Source of the DNA: an uncultured Bacteroidales bacterium
GTDB lineage: Bacteria; Bacteroidota; Bacteroidia; Bacteroidales; UBA932
Direction of reading: 5' to 3'
NCBI GenBank assembly: GCA_947306365.1
Contig: CAMZGD010000004.1
Span: 52,531-116,530, forward strand
Length of the DNA stretch: 64,000 nt
Position numbers and translations under genes: made by a program. Shown here one piece after another: positions 35,650 to 45,013 of the stretch. Under the pieces are notes generated by a model. It saw nothing but the letters and a program-made list of their open reading frames with translations. It was not told the DNA's origin and did not search any database. Every line of letters begins with the position of its first letter. The stretch's first letter is position 1.

Positions 35650-38004
35650 CTATTTCACCGTTATCTCCTTGACGGGTTCGGCGGGGAGCAGGACGCGGTG
35701 GACGGGCCAGCTCTCCGGTTTCGCCAGCCTGAAGACGGCGGTGGAGCGGATGTCCGCGGAAGACGCGGCGAAATGCACCGTATAGATACCGGCGGCGGTC
35801 TCCCACGCGGAAGTCTCCTCATTGAACGATGCAAGCGTGTACGGATCGATGGTCACCTCCAGCGTCTCGGATGCGCCGGGCTTGAGGTTCTTCGTCTTGG
35901 CGAAGCCCTTGAGTTCGAAAGCCGGCTTCACGAGGCCGCCGTCCGGCGCCGTCACGTAGACCTGGACGCTTTCCTTGCCGGCCACGGAACCCGTGTTCTT
36001 CACGGTGATGGATGCGGTCACGGTACCGTCCTTGGCCACTTTCACGACCGGTTTCGAATAGTTGAACGTCGTATAGCTCAGACCGTAGCCGAACGGATAG
36101 GAAACCGGCTTGCCGGCCGTGGCGAAATAGCGGTAGCCCACCCAGATGCCCTCGGCGTAGTCGGTGTAGTCGATATCCTTCACCATCCGCCTGCGTGCGT
36201 TGCCGCCGCCGAGCAGCGCCATTAGGTCGATGGAATTGCCGCCCTTGTAGTTGTGCGGGAAATTGAACGACGAAGGGATGTCGAAATAGCTGACCGGGAA
36301 GGTCATCGGGAGCTTGCCCGAGGGATTGGCCGCACCGCAGAGCACGTCGGCCACGGCGAGACCGCCCTCCTGCCCCGGCGTCCACGCCAGCAGGACGGCG
36401 TCGGGAATGTGCTTCCAGGAAGCCGTCTCGATGACGCCACCGATGTTGAGCACCACCACCAGCTTCTTGCCGGCGGCGTGATATACGTCGGCAAGCGTCT
36501 GCATCAGTTCGCGTTCCTGGCCCGTCAGGGTCCAGTCACCGTCGGCGGCCTTGCGGTCGTCGCCCTCACCCGCGTTGCGGGTGATGGTCAGCACGGCGAC
36601 GTCCGTCACCGGCTGTTTCTTCTCGATGAAGGAACGGGAGATTTCCATTTCAGGCACCACGGGATCGCCCAGGAGGATGCCCAGGCCGTTGTCCGGGGTA
36701 TTGTTGCGCAGCTGCGTCTTGGTGAAGGTGATGTACTGCTCATACCAGGACTGGATGTCGGCGTCCACCGCGAGCTTGTTGGCCTTGAATCCCTCGGCGA
36801 CATTGCGGACGTAAGCCTTGTTCACGTTGCCGGAGCCCGTACCGCCCGCGATGAAATCGTAGGAGCCGGTGCCGTAGAGGGCGACGGTCTTCACGTCCTT
36901 GAGCGGCAGCGCGCCGTTGTTCTCCAGAAGGACCAGGCCTTCGGCCGTCGCTTCGTGGACGAGCTTCGCGTGTGCTTTCAAGTCGGGTTTGTTGGAGAAT
37001 TTGTAGCCCTTGAAGCGCGGGGTGCGGACGATGTATTCGAGCATGCGGCGGACATTGGCGTCGAGCTGCTCCTGCGAGATGCTGCCGTCCTTCACGCCGG
37101 CGACGATGCGCTCGATCTCGTTCTCCATGCCGGGTTCCATCAGGTCGTTGCCGGCATTGACGGCGGCCACGGTGCCTTCCTTGTTGCCCCAGTCGGTCAT
37201 CACGATGCCGCCGAAGCCCCACTCGTCGCGCAGGACGGTGGTCAGCAGGTCGCGGCTCTGCTGGGTAAAGGAGCCGTTCACGCGGTTGTACGAAGACATG
37301 ACTGTCCAGGGATCGGCTTCGCGGACCGCGATCTCAAATCCTTTGAGATAGAGTTCGCGAAGGGCGCGCACGTTGATGCGGGAATCGTTCTGCTGGCGGT
37401 TCACTTCCTGGCTGTTGGCGGCGAAATGCTTGATGCTCACGCCCACGCCGTTGCGCTGGATGCCGCGCACATAGGCGGCGGACATTTTGCCGGAGAGCAG
37501 CGGGTCTTCGGAGAAGTACTCGAAATTACGGCCGCAGAGCGGATTGCGGTGCAGGTTCTGGCCCGGCGCCAGCAGCACGTCCACGCCGTACTCCTTCACT
37601 TCGTTGCCCATCGCGCCGGTGAGTTCCTCCACCAGCGCGGTGTTCCAGGTCGAGGCAAGGACGGTTCCCACCGGGAAGCCGGTGCAGTAGAAGGTCTTGT
37701 CGGTCCCGGGGCGGGTCGGATTGATGCGCAGGCCGGCAGGGCCGTCGGCCAGTACCGTGACCGGGATGCCGAGCCGTTCGACCGGGCGGGTGGTTCCGGC
37801 GGCGCCGGAGACCAGCGTCTCGCTCGATGCGGTCATGGAGCCGGCGGTCATCGAACCCCAGCCGCCGCCCACGAGCAGGGCGGCTTTCTCCTCGAGCGTC
37901 ATCGCCTTGACGATGTCGTCGATGTTGTCGGGACGCAGCTTCGGCTGCGCGAACAGTGAAAGCGTGCAGGACACGACAGTCATAAGCAAGCAGATTTTCT
38001 TCAT
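35650..38004 (-). CDS. glycoside hydrolase family 3 (beta-glucosidase-like)
   Basis: KHFAANSQE, GIVMTDWG, and FGYGLSYTTFNY. The start at MKKICLLMTVVSCTLSLFAQ (38004) gives a standard signal peptide. An alternative in-frame ATG at 38031 sits 3 nt after a -7 box. Confidence 0.9.
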   Translation of the reverse strand: MKKICLLMTVVSCTLSLFAQPKLRPDNIDDIVKAMTLEEKAALLVGGGWGSMTAGSMTASSETLVSGAAGTTRPVERLGIPVTVLADGPAGLRINPTRPGTDKTFYCTGFPVGTVLASTWNTALVEELTGAMGNEVKEYGVDVLLAPGQNLHRNPLCGRNFEYFSEDPLLSGKMSAAYVRGIQRNGVGVSIKHFAANSQEVNRQQNDSRINVRALRELYLKGFEIAVREADPWTVMSSYNRVNGSFTQQSRDLLTTVLRDEWGFGGIVMTDWGNKEGTVAAVNAGNDLMEPGMENEIERIVAGVKDGSISQEQLDANVRRMLEYIVRTPRFKGYKFSNKPDLKAHAKLVHEATAEGLVLLENNGALPLKDVKTVALYGTGSYDFIAGGTGSGNVNKAYVRNVAEGFKANKLAVDADIQSWYEQYITFTKTQLRNNTPDNGLGILLGDPVVPEMEISRSFIEKKQPVTDVAVLTITRNAGEGDDRKAADGDWTLTGQERELMQTLADVYHAAGKKLVVVLNIGGVIETASWKHIPDAVLLAWTPGQEGGLAVADVLCGAANPSGKLPMTFPVSYFDIPSSFNFPHNYKGGNSIDLMALLGGGNARRRMVKDIDYTDYAEGIWVGYRYFATAGKPVSYPFGYGLSYTTFNYSKPVVKVAKDGTVTASITVKNTGSVAGKESVQVYVTAPDGGLVKPAFELKGFAKTKNLKPGASETLEVTIDPYTLASFNEETSAWETAAGIYTVHFAASSADIRSTAVFRLAKPESWPVHRVLLPAEPVKEITVK

Positions 38005-38034
38005 GGTATAGCGATTATGATTGTTTTCCATTTA

Positions 38035-38042
38035 CAAACTTA
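38035..38042 (-). promoter_or_regulatory. -7 promoter box TAAGTTTG (minus strand) for the third GH3 gene
   Basis: The reverse complement of CAAACTTA reads TAAGTTTG, immediately upstream of the ATG at 38031. Confidence 0.5.
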
Positions 38043-38088
38043 AGGAGAAATACGACGTGTTCCAAACAGTTTTTCGCACACCCGGCTG

Positions 38089-38122
38089 AATTGAACAACC
38101 GACGAAAACATTTGAACAAACA
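38089..38122 (-). promoter_or_regulatory. operator-like direct repeat TTGTTCAA x2, 21-nt spacing (site B, read on the minus strand)
   Basis: The minus strand reads TTCTGTTTGTTCAAATGTTTTCGTCGGTTGTTCAATTC. The copies are at 38119-38112 and 38098-38091, oriented toward the GH3 gene. Same core and spacing as site A. Confidence 0.45.
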
Positions 38123-38158
38123 GAAAGAGCGCCAGCGATAATTGCGTAATTTTGCTGT

Positions 38159-39025
38159 ATGGAATCAGACGATGACATCCGGGGCGCGCTCCGGGAACGG
38201 ATCCTGCTGCTCGACGGGGCGACGGGCACGATGCTCCTGCCGTACAGCGGCGGCGACAGCGTCGACCGCCTCAACGAGACGGCGCCCGACATCGTCGCCG
38301 GACTGCACCGTGCCTACCTCGCCGCCGGTGCGGACATCATCAAGACCAACACGTTCAACGGCCTTTCGCGCGAAACGGCCCGCACAGGCGCCCGGATCGC
38401 CCGGGAGGCGGCACGCGCTGCCCGCCGGAGCCGTCCGGTCTGGGTTGCCGGTTCCATCGGACCCGCCGTCCCCGACCCCGAGGGGCAGATCGCAGGACTT
38501 GTCGAAGGCGGCGCCGACCTGCTGCTCGTCGAAACCTGCTGCGACATCCGCCGCACGGAGCATATCCTGGCCGCTGCCCGATGCATTGCGCCCGACATTC
38601 CCGTCATCGTTTCCGTCACCCCGCTGGACCCGACGGGGCGCACCTTGTCAGGCCTGCTGCCGGAAGCCTTCCGCTCCGCCGCCCGGACCGGTTCGCTGCT
38701 CGCGTTCGGACTGAACTGCTTCCCCGCGACCGAAGACTACCGGCCGCTCGTACGACGGACCGCCCTTTCAGGCGACGCTCCATTCTGCTGCTGCCCGAAC
38801 GCCGGCCTGCCCGACGCCGCGGGCCGCCACCCCGTCACGCCGGAGCAGTTTGCATCCTTTTTCGAAACCGTTTGGGAAGAAAGGCCCGCCGGCATCGCCG
38901 GCGGCTGCTGCGGCACGACGCCCGCCCACGTCGCCGCCCTGAACGCCAGCCTGTCGGCACGGGAGGCTTACTTCAGGAAAACGAAGAAGACGGCCAGTAC
39001 GAGGCAGACGAAGGCCGCAAGGTGA
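38159..39025 (+). CDS. homocysteine S-methyltransferase domain protein (standalone MetH-N/MmuM-like)
   Basis: 288 aa. LLDGATGTML, IIKTNTF, a Zn-ligand Cys in GLNCF, and GGCCGTTPAHV. The 3' end overlaps the convergent DMT gene by 58 nt. Confidence 0.85.
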   Translation: MESDDDIRGALRERILLLDGATGTMLLPYSGGDSVDRLNETAPDIVAGLHRAYLAAGADIIKTNTFNGLSRETARTGARIAREAARAARRSRPVWVAGSIGPAVPDPEGQIAGLVEGGADLLLVETCCDIRRTEHILAAARCIAPDIPVIVSVTPLDPTGRTLSGLLPEAFRSAARTGSLLAFGLNCFPATEDYRPLVRRTALSGDAPFCCCPNAGLPDAAGRHPVTPEQFASFFETVWEERPAGIAGGCCGTTPAHVAALNASLSAREAYFRKTKKTASTRQTKAAR

Positions 39026-39336
39026 TTCCACTGGAGCGGCTGGCCCTTGAAGACGAACAGCACGATGAGCGAAAAGACCGTCAGGGAGATGACCTCCTGG
39101 ATGACCTTGAGCTGCATCAGGTTGAACGGACCGCCGTTGCCGGTGAACCCGATGCGGTTGGCCGGCACCGTGAGGCAGTATTCAAAGAAGGCGATGCCCC
39201 ACGAGAAAAGGATGACGCAGATGAGCGGCCACCCCGTGGAGACCTTCATCTCCTGCAGTTTGAGGTGTCCGTACCAGGCGAATGTCATAAAGATGTTGGA
39301 ACAGACCAGCATCAGGACGGTCCAGAGTGCTTGCAT
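38968..39336 (-). CDS. DMT-superfamily small membrane protein (DUF486-like)
   Basis: Start at MQALWTVLMLVCSNIFMTFAWYGHLK (39336). About 122 aa with 4 TM helices. The track extension to 39591 has no coding character. Confidence 0.75.
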   Translation of the reverse strand: MQALWTVLMLVCSNIFMTFAWYGHLKLQEMKVSTGWPLICVILFSWGIAFFEYCLTVPANRIGFTGNGGPFNLMQLKVIQEVISLTVFSLIVLFVFKGQPLQWNHLAAFVCLVLAVFFVFLK

Positions 39337-39442
39337 GGCTATTTCTGTGTTTCGGGGCGCAAAGATAGCAACGGGACGACAAGATTGGCACAGAAATTGG
39401 TATTTTTTCTCTTGTTCAACCAAACCCTTATCTTTTACATAA

Positions 39443-39994
39443 ATGGAAAAACTCAACAAACCCGCCATCCTGGTCGTCGACATGCTCAACGACTTTGTCA
39501 CCGGCGTGATCGGCTGTGACCGCGCCAGAGCCATCGTCCCTGCAACCGCCCGTCTGCTCGACGCAGCCCGCTCCGCAGGAGTTCCGGTCATCTACTGCAA
39601 CGACGCACACCGTCCCGGCATCGACCGCGAACTGAAGATCTGGGGTGACCACGCCATCGTCGGCACGCCCGGCGCCGAGGTGATTCCCGAACTCAAACCC
39701 TGTGAAAAGGATTACGTCGTTCCCAAGCGCCGTTACAGCGGCTTCTTCCAGACCGACCTCGACATCCTGCTCAAGGAACTCGGCGTCCAGACCGTCATCA
39801 TAACCGGCCTTCACACGCATATGTGCTGCCGCCACACTTCCGCAGACGCCTACTTCCTCGGCTACGACGTGGTCGTCGCCAAGGAAGCGACCAACTCCTT
39901 CACGGAAGAGGATTACCTGGGCGGCCTCGCCTATCTGAAGACCTGCTACGGCGCCGACGCCTACACCAACGACGAACTGATCGCAGCATTCTGA
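39443..39994 (+). CDS. isochorismatase-family cysteine hydrolase (nicotinamidase-like)
   Basis: 183 aa. AILVVDMLNDF, and the catalytic Cys region ITGLHTHMCCRHT. Confidence 0.85.
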   Translation: MEKLNKPAILVVDMLNDFVTGVIGCDRARAIVPATARLLDAARSAGVPVIYCNDAHRPGIDRELKIWGDHAIVGTPGAEVIPELKPCEKDYVVPKRRYSGFFQTDLDILLKELGVQTVIITGLHTHMCCRHTSADAYFLGYDVVVAKEATNSFTEEDYLGGLAYLKTCYGADAYTNDELIAAF

Positions 39995-40042
39995 TACACC
40001 AATGAATACTCGGACGGATCCGGCAGACCGTCCGAAAAACGG

Positions 40043-40075
40043 GGGCGTCCTTCGCAGAAGGATGCCCTTTTTTTT
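40043..40075 (+). terminator. intrinsic terminator after the isochorismatase-family gene
   Basis: GGGCGTCCTTC(40043-40053)-GCA-GAAGGATGCCC(40057-40067) followed by T8 (40068-40075). Confidence 0.8.
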
Positions 40076-40101
40076 CTTGCAGATAATTCCACGCTTTTGC
40101 T

Positions 40102-40109
40102 TATCTTTG
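40102..40109 (+). promoter_or_regulatory. -7 promoter box TATCTTTG for purF-purC
   Basis: TAnnTTTG match (extended TATCTTTGCGAC) 20 nt upstream of the ATG at 40130. Confidence 0.6.
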
Positions 40110-40129
40110 CGACTTAGCAACGACACCCG

Positions 40130-41917
40130 ATGGAACAGATCAAGCACGAATGCGGCATCGCCATGATCCGGCTCCGCAAGCCGCTTCAATACTACAAGGA
40201 AAAATACGGTACGGAACGCTATGCGCTGAACAAACTCTACCTGATGATGGAGAAGCAGCACAACCGCGGCCAGGAGGGCGCCGGCATCGCCAGCGTCAAG
40301 ATCATCACCGACCCGGGCCACGAGTACATGTTCCGTGAGAAGGCCCTCGGAAAAGACGCCATCACCAACGTGTTCGCCGAAGTGCACCGGCAGATCGAGG
40401 AGACCGAACCCGGCGAGCAGCGGCCCTTCATCGGAGAGCTTTATATGGGGCACCTCCGCTACTCCACCACGGGCAAGAGCGGCATGAAATACGTGCATCC
40501 GTTCCTCCGCCGGAACAACTGGAAGGCCAAGAACCTTTGCATCTGCGGCAACTTCAACATGACCAACATCGACGAGGTGTTCCAGATGCTGGCCGACCAG
40601 GGCCAGTATCCGCGCATCATGTCCGACGCCTACATCATGCTCGAGCTGATGGGGCACCGGCTCGACCGCGAAGTGGAACGCAACTATGTCGAAGCCAAGA
40701 AACTGGAACTGGAAGGACGTGATATCACCCGATACATCGACGCCCACCTCGACATCGCCAACGTGCTGCGCACCACGATGCCGCACTTCGACGGCGGCTA
40801 CGTCATCTGCGGCGTGACCGGCAGCGGGGAGCTCTTCTCGATGCGCGACCCGAACGGCATCCGTCCCGCCTTCTGGTACGCCGACGACGAGATCATCGCC
40901 ATCGCGAGCGAACGCCCCGTCATCCAGACCACCTTCGCCGTCGAATACGGGCAGGTACGTGAAATCCAGCCCGGGCAGGCGCTGATCGTCAACGGACGCG
41001 GCGAACTGTCGCTCAAGCAGATCATTCCGGCCAAGCGGCTGGCGGCCTGCAGTTTCGAGCGCATCTACTTCAGCCGCGGCAACGACCGCGACATCCACCG
41101 GGAGCGCAAGCAGCTCGGGTTCCAGCTCCGCGACAACATCCTCAAGGCGATCGACCACGACATCGAGCACACGGTCTTCTCCTACATCCCCAATACGGCA
41201 GAAGTGGCCTACTACGGGATGGTGGAGGGCATCCGCAGCCTGTATCCCGGCGTCCGGGCCGACAAGATCGTCTCGAAAGACATCAAGCTCCGCACGTTCA
41301 TCACCGAAGGCACCGCCCGCAACGACCTGGCCGGCCACGTGTACGACATCACCTACGGCACCCTCACGCCCTACGTGGACAACCTCGTGGTAATCGACGA
41401 CAGCATCGTCCGCGGCACCACGCTGCGCGAGAGCATCATCCGCATCCTCGACCGGCTCCACCCGCGCAAGATCGTCATCGCGAGCTCCAGCCCGCAGGTG
41501 CGTTATCCCGACTGCTACGGCATCGACATGTCGCACATGAAGGAATTCATCGCGTTCCACGCGGCGGTGGCCCTGCTCAAGGAACGGGGGATGACCAGCC
41601 TCATCGACGTGGTCTACGAGCAGTGCAAGCAGCAGGAAAACCTGCCCGCATCCGGATGCATGAACTATGTGCGCCGCATCTACGACACCTTCACCGACGA
41701 GCAGGTCAGCCGCAAGATCGTCGAGCTCTTGCGTCCCGACGACATCGGGGCCGAGGTGGAGATCGTCTACCAGTCGCTCGAAGGGCTCCACAACGCGTGC
41801 CCCAACCATCCCGGCGACTGGTACTTCAGCGGCAACTATCCCACGCCGGGCGGCTACAAGATGCTCAACGGCGCATACATCGACTTCTACGAAAACGAAT
41901 ACAAGAAACAGCAATGA
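40130..41917 (+). CDS. purF: amidophosphoribosyltransferase (long Bacteroidetes type)
   Basis: 595 aa. Ntn-glutaminase N-terminus [13 protein letters not shown] and a PRTase motif in [13 protein letters not shown]. Confidence 0.93.
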   Translation: MEQIKHECGIAMIRLRKPLQYYKEKYGTERYALNKLYLMMEKQHNRGQEGAGIASVKIITDPGHEYMFREKALGKDAITNVFAEVHRQIEETEPGEQRPFIGELYMGHLRYSTTGKSGMKYVHPFLRRNNWKAKNLCICGNFNMTNIDEVFQMLADQGQYPRIMSDAYIMLELMGHRLDREVERNYVEAKKLELEGRDITRYIDAHLDIANVLRTTMPHFDGGYVICGVTGSGELFSMRDPNGIRPAFWYADDEIIAIASERPVIQTTFAVEYGQVREIQPGQALIVNGRGELSLKQIIPAKRLAACSFERIYFSRGNDRDIHRERKQLGFQLRDNILKAIDHDIEHTVFSYIPNTAEVAYYGMVEGIRSLYPGVRADKIVSKDIKLRTFITEGTARNDLAGHVYDITYGTLTPYVDNLVVIDDSIVRGTTLRESIIRILDRLHPRKIVIASSSPQVRYPDCYGIDMSHMKEFIAFHAAVALLKERGMTSLIDVVYEQCKQQENLPASGCMNYVRRIYDTFTDEQVSRKIVELLRPDDIGAEVEIVYQSLEGLHNACPNHPGDWYFSGNYPTPGGYKMLNGAYIDFYENEYKKQQ

Positions 41918-42861
41918 AAGCCATCACCCACACTGATTTCCACTTCCCGGGACAGACCGCGAAATATGTCGGAAAGGTCCGGGACGTCTATTTCATCGGC
42001 GGAGAATACATCCTGCTGGTCGCCACCGACCGCATTTCCGCCTTCGACGTCGTCCTGCCCAAGGGCATTCCCTGCAAGGGGCAGGTGCTCAACCAGATCG
42101 CTTCGGGATTCCTCGACAAGACCGCCGACATCGTGCCGAACTGGAAGATCGCGGAAGTCGACCCGATGGCCACCGTCGGCCTGCTGTGCGAACCGTTCAA
42201 GGTGGAGATGGTGATCCGCGGCTACCTGGCCGGCCACGCCTGGCGCGAATACTGCGCCGGCAAGCGCACGCTCTGCGGCGAGCCGCTGCCCGAAGGCCTG
42301 AAGGAAAACCAGCGTCTCCCCCATCCCATCATCACGCCGACCACCAAGGCGAGCGAAGGCCACGACGAGGACATCAGCCGCGACGAGATCATCGCGTCGG
42401 GCCTGGTCTCGGCGGAAGACTACGCGCAGCTGGAGCAATACACCCTGGCGCTCTTCGAACGGGGCCAGGAACTGGCGGCCGAACGCGGCCTCATCCTGAT
42501 GGACACCAAGTACGAATTCGGCAAGAAGGACGGGAAGATCTACCTGATGGACGAAATCCATACGCCCGACTCCTCCCGCTACATCTACGCCGACGGCTAC
42601 GAGGAGCGCCTCGCCCGCGGGGAGCGGCAGAAGCAGCTTTCCAAGGAATTCGTCCGCGAATGGCTGATGGCCTCCGGCTTCCAGGGGAAGGAAGGCCAGC
42701 AGGTGCCGCCGATGACCGACGAGGTCGTAGCCGGCATCACCGACCGCTACATCGAACTGTACGAACATATCACGGGCACGCCGTTCCGCCGGGACGAGAC
42801 GGAAGACATCACCGGCCGGATCGAACGCAACGTCAACGCCTTCCTGGCCGGCGTACGCTGA
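41914..42861 (+). CDS. purC: phosphoribosylaminoimidazole-succinocarboxamide (SAICAR) synthase
   Basis: Starts [45 protein letters not shown]. Its ATG overlaps the purF stop (ATGA). The track start at 41623 lies inside purF. Confidence 0.93.
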   Translation: MKAITHTDFHFPGQTAKYVGKVRDVYFIGGEYILLVATDRISAFDVVLPKGIPCKGQVLNQIASGFLDKTADIVPNWKIAEVDPMATVGLLCEPFKVEMVIRGYLAGHAWREYCAGKRTLCGEPLPEGLKENQRLPHPIITPTTKASEGHDEDISRDEIIASGLVSAEDYAQLEQYTLALFERGQELAAERGLILMDTKYEFGKKDGKIYLMDEIHTPDSSRYIYADGYEERLARGERQKQLSKEFVREWLMASGFQGKEGQQVPPMTDEVVAGITDRYIELYEHITGTPFRRDETEDITGRIERNVNAFLAGVR

Positions 42862-42867
42862 CACGCG

Positions 42868-43551
42868 TCAGCTGGGCAGGTTGTTCTTCTTGTTCTTGAA
42901 GAGCTCGTACATCGCACTGAAGTCCGTCTCGCGCGGACTTCTTTCTTTTTCCTTCTCCGCTTCGGGCGTTTCCGAGCCGTCACCCGACATCAGGTAGTCG
43001 AACATCGCCTGGTAAACCTCCAGCAGGCTGACGGCGGTCTCCAGGTAGCCGATCAGCGTGGCCTTCGACAGCGGATAGGTCGAAATAAAGGGATTGTCCA
43101 GTTTCTCGAGCCGCTCACTCAACCGTTTCCCCTCCTCCGCATAGTCGGGCTGCAGCCGCTTGTAGACGGCCCGCCGCTCGTCCACGTCGTCCGGGGCGCG
43201 GCCGGCCTTCTCGTCTTCGTCGAGCACCCACAGGAAATCTTCGAGGTCTTCGCCGGCATAGGCCAGGCATTCCGAAAGGACTGGCACGATGTCGCGGAAC
43301 GTATCGCCCGGCACATCGACCACAAGCCGCGTGTCGCGGTGGTCTTCGGGGAACGCATCGCCCCGTCCCGTGTCCAGGAAGCGCTTCCGGAAATTATAGT
43401 AACGCATCAGGTGCTCCTTGTCCTCCTTCGTCATCTCGTCGTCCCGCAGCATCTCCAGCAGCGGGGTCACGGCATAGGAGCGGCCGGGCGAAGATTCTTC
43501 GCTGACAAGCAGCTTCTCCAGCAGCTCCCGCACTTTTTTCGGTATGGCCAT
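42868..43551 (-). CDS. hypothetical acidic cytoplasmic protein
   Basis: About 227 aa from MAIPKKVRELLEKLL, strongly Asp/Glu-rich, with no motif I recognise. High GC3 supports coding. Confidence 0.6.
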   Translation of the reverse strand: MAIPKKVRELLEKLLVSEESSPGRSYAVTPLLEMLRDDEMTKEDKEHLMRYYNFRKRFLDTGRGDAFPEDHRDTRLVVDVPGDTFRDIVPVLSECLAYAGEDLEDFLWVLDEDEKAGRAPDDVDERRAVYKRLQPDYAEEGKRLSERLEKLDNPFISTYPLSKATLIGYLETAVSLLEVYQAMFDYLMSGDGSETPEAEKEKERSPRETDFSAMYELFKNKKNNLPS

Positions 43552-43619
43552 GTCCGTAGAGTTTGCGGGCAAAAATAGAAAAAGAAGGAGAATTATTGAA
43601 TTAAATCACGAAATATTTT

Positions 43620-43627
43620 TATCTTTG
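43620..43627 (+). promoter_or_regulatory. -7 promoter box TATCTTTG for tRNA-Ser
   Basis: TAnnTTTG match ending 12 nt before the first tRNA nucleotide. Confidence 0.55.
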
Positions 43628-43639
43628 CAGTCCTGTTTT

Positions 43640-43730
43640 GGAGAGATGCTCGAGTGGCTTAAGAGGCACGCCTGGAAAGCGTGTATACGCCAAAAGCGTA
43701 TCTCGGGTTCGAATCCCGATCTCTCCGCCA
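43640..43730 (+). tRNA. tRNA-Ser (anticodon GGA), class II with long variable arm, CCA encoded
   Basis: Acceptor stem GGAGAGA/TCTCTCC. Anticodon stem CACGC/GCGTG with loop CTGGAAA. Variable arm TACGC-CAAAA-GCGTA. T-arm TCGGG-TTCGAAT-CCCGA. Discriminator G followed by CCA. Confidence 0.93.
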
Positions 43731-43735
43731 GCCAG

Positions 43736-43776
43736 CCGTCCCGCAAAGTTTTTCAGATTGCGGGACGGTTTTATTT
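43736..43776 (+). terminator. intrinsic terminator after tRNA-Ser
   Basis: An 11-bp stem, CCGTCCCGCAA(43736-43746)/TTGCGGGACGG(43758-43768), followed by TTTTATTT. Confidence 0.75.
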
Positions 43777-43786
43777 AAAAAAGCGT

Positions 43787-43794
43787 TATATTTG
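43787..43794 (+). promoter_or_regulatory. -7 promoter box TATATTTG for the small lipoprotein / MauE-Trx pair
   Basis: TAnnTTTG match 32 nt upstream of the ATG at 43827. Confidence 0.5.
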
Positions 43795-43826
43795 TCGTGT
43801 CAACCATTTCAAAAACAAAACGGATA

Positions 43827-44042
43827 ATGAAAAAGTTATTTTTTGCATTGGTACTCGCGGGCGGCCTGATCGCGCTGTCGAGCTGCTCCAAGGAGTGCGA
43901 CTGCGCTGCCAAATGGCAGGGTGAGACCGTCTATGAGACGAACATCTCGCTGGGTGACGGCGAAAAGTGCTCTGACTACAACAAGTACGTCAACGTCGCC
44001 GGCATCTCGGCCGAACTGAAATGCACGCCCGTGCTCTTCTAG
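43827..44042 (+). CDS. small Cys-rich lipoprotein (71 aa)
   Basis: MKKLFFALVLAGGLIALSSC lipobox, then four further Cys (CDC...C...C). No recognised family. Confidence 0.6.
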   Translation: MKKLFFALVLAGGLIALSSCSKECDCAAKWQGETVYETNISLGDGEKCSDYNKYVNVAGISAELKCTPVLF

Positions 44043-44932
44043 ACTTGAAGATTCCCGACTATGTCAAATTTGTATTCCGGGCGCTGCTCGGAATACTTTT
44101 TTTATTTTCGGCCACGGCCAAGCTCATCGGGATCGACGCCTTCGAACTCTATCTGTTCGGCTTCGGCTGGTTCTCCCTCGGCACCGCCTACCTGCTGGCC
44201 CGGCTGGTCATCGCCGCCGAGTATGCGCTCGGCCTGCTGCTGATCGCCAATTTCTATCCCAAGCTGGCCTTCTGGAGCAGTTTCGCCCTGCTGGCCGGCT
44301 TCACCGTCTTCCTGTATGCACTGGTCCTGCAGGGCAACCGGGACAACTGCAACTGCTTCGGCGAACTGGTCCGCCTGAATCCCGTCCAGTCGATCTGGAA
44401 GAACCTCGGCATGCTGGCGCTCCTGCTCCTGAGCTGGGGTGTTCCAGCCTTCCGCATCCGGCTCCGTCCGCTCTGGCTCGCGCTGGCCGTCGCCGTGCCG
44501 CTGGCCACTGTCCTGATCGTCTCGCCGCCCGACAACTGGCGCTATGATTCCTACACCCGGCACGAGCTGGTCAACGAACCGGCCTTCCGGGAAGCCGTCG
44601 AAGCAGGAATCCTTCCCTCTTCAATTATGGAAGGCGACCGCGTGGTTTGCTTCTACAGCCTCAAGTGCAACTTCTGCAAGCTGTCGGCCCGCAAACTGGC
44701 CACCCTGCGTACCCGCGGGGAATTCTCCGCTGCGCCCGTGACCTTCATCATCGGCCGCGGCGAAAACCCCGATCCCGATCCCTTCCTGTCGGAAACCGGA
44801 TTCTATCCCGACGAAATCCAGTTCATCGAACCGGCCGACTTCCTGCGCATCACCAACGGCGCGTTCCCCGTCATCCTCGTCCTGCACGAGGGGGACATCG
44901 TGGAAAAATACAACTACCGTAGCTTGCACTGA
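44021..44932 (+). CDS. MauE/DoxX-like membrane protein fused to a thioredoxin-like CxxC domain
   Basis: The N-terminal half has 4-5 TM helices and the MauE-type CNCFGE motif. The C-terminal half has VCFYSLKCNFCKL (a CxxC in thioredoxin-fold context). The start is uncertain; the ATG at 44021 overlaps the upstream gene by 22 nt. Confidence 0.7.
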   Translation: MHARALLDLKIPDYVKFVFRALLGILFLFSATAKLIGIDAFELYLFGFGWFSLGTAYLLARLVIAAEYALGLLLIANFYPKLAFWSSFALLAGFTVFLYALVLQGNRDNCNCFGELVRLNPVQSIWKNLGMLALLLLSWGVPAFRIRLRPLWLALAVAVPLATVLIVSPPDNWRYDSYTRHELVNEPAFREAVEAGILPSSIMEGDRVVCFYSLKCNFCKLSARKLATLRTRGEFSAAPVTFIIGRGENPDPDPFLSETGFYPDEIQFIEPADFLRITNGAFPVILVLHEGDIVEKYNYRSLH

Positions 44933-44976
44933 CCCGTCAAAGCGTTCCCGCTTTTTGACTTTTTGTATTTTTGACG

Positions 44977-44984
44977 TATCTTTG
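44977..44984 (+). promoter_or_regulatory. -7 promoter box TATCTTTG for lysA-ffh
   Basis: TAnnTTTG match 29 nt upstream of the GTG at 45014. Confidence 0.5.
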
Positions 44985-45013
44985 TAGGATATATCGAAAA
45001 CTGCAGAAACACC

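Noticed and set aside
39428-41914. 828-aa minus-strand ORF opposite the isochorismatase-family gene and purF
   Set aside because: It is antisense to two clearly homologous genes and spans a terminator and a promoter. It is an artefact.
43640-44932. tRNA-Ser as the attachment site of an integrated element
   Set aside because: I found no integrase, no direct repeat of the tRNA 3' end, and only two small host-like genes before lysA resumes core content.
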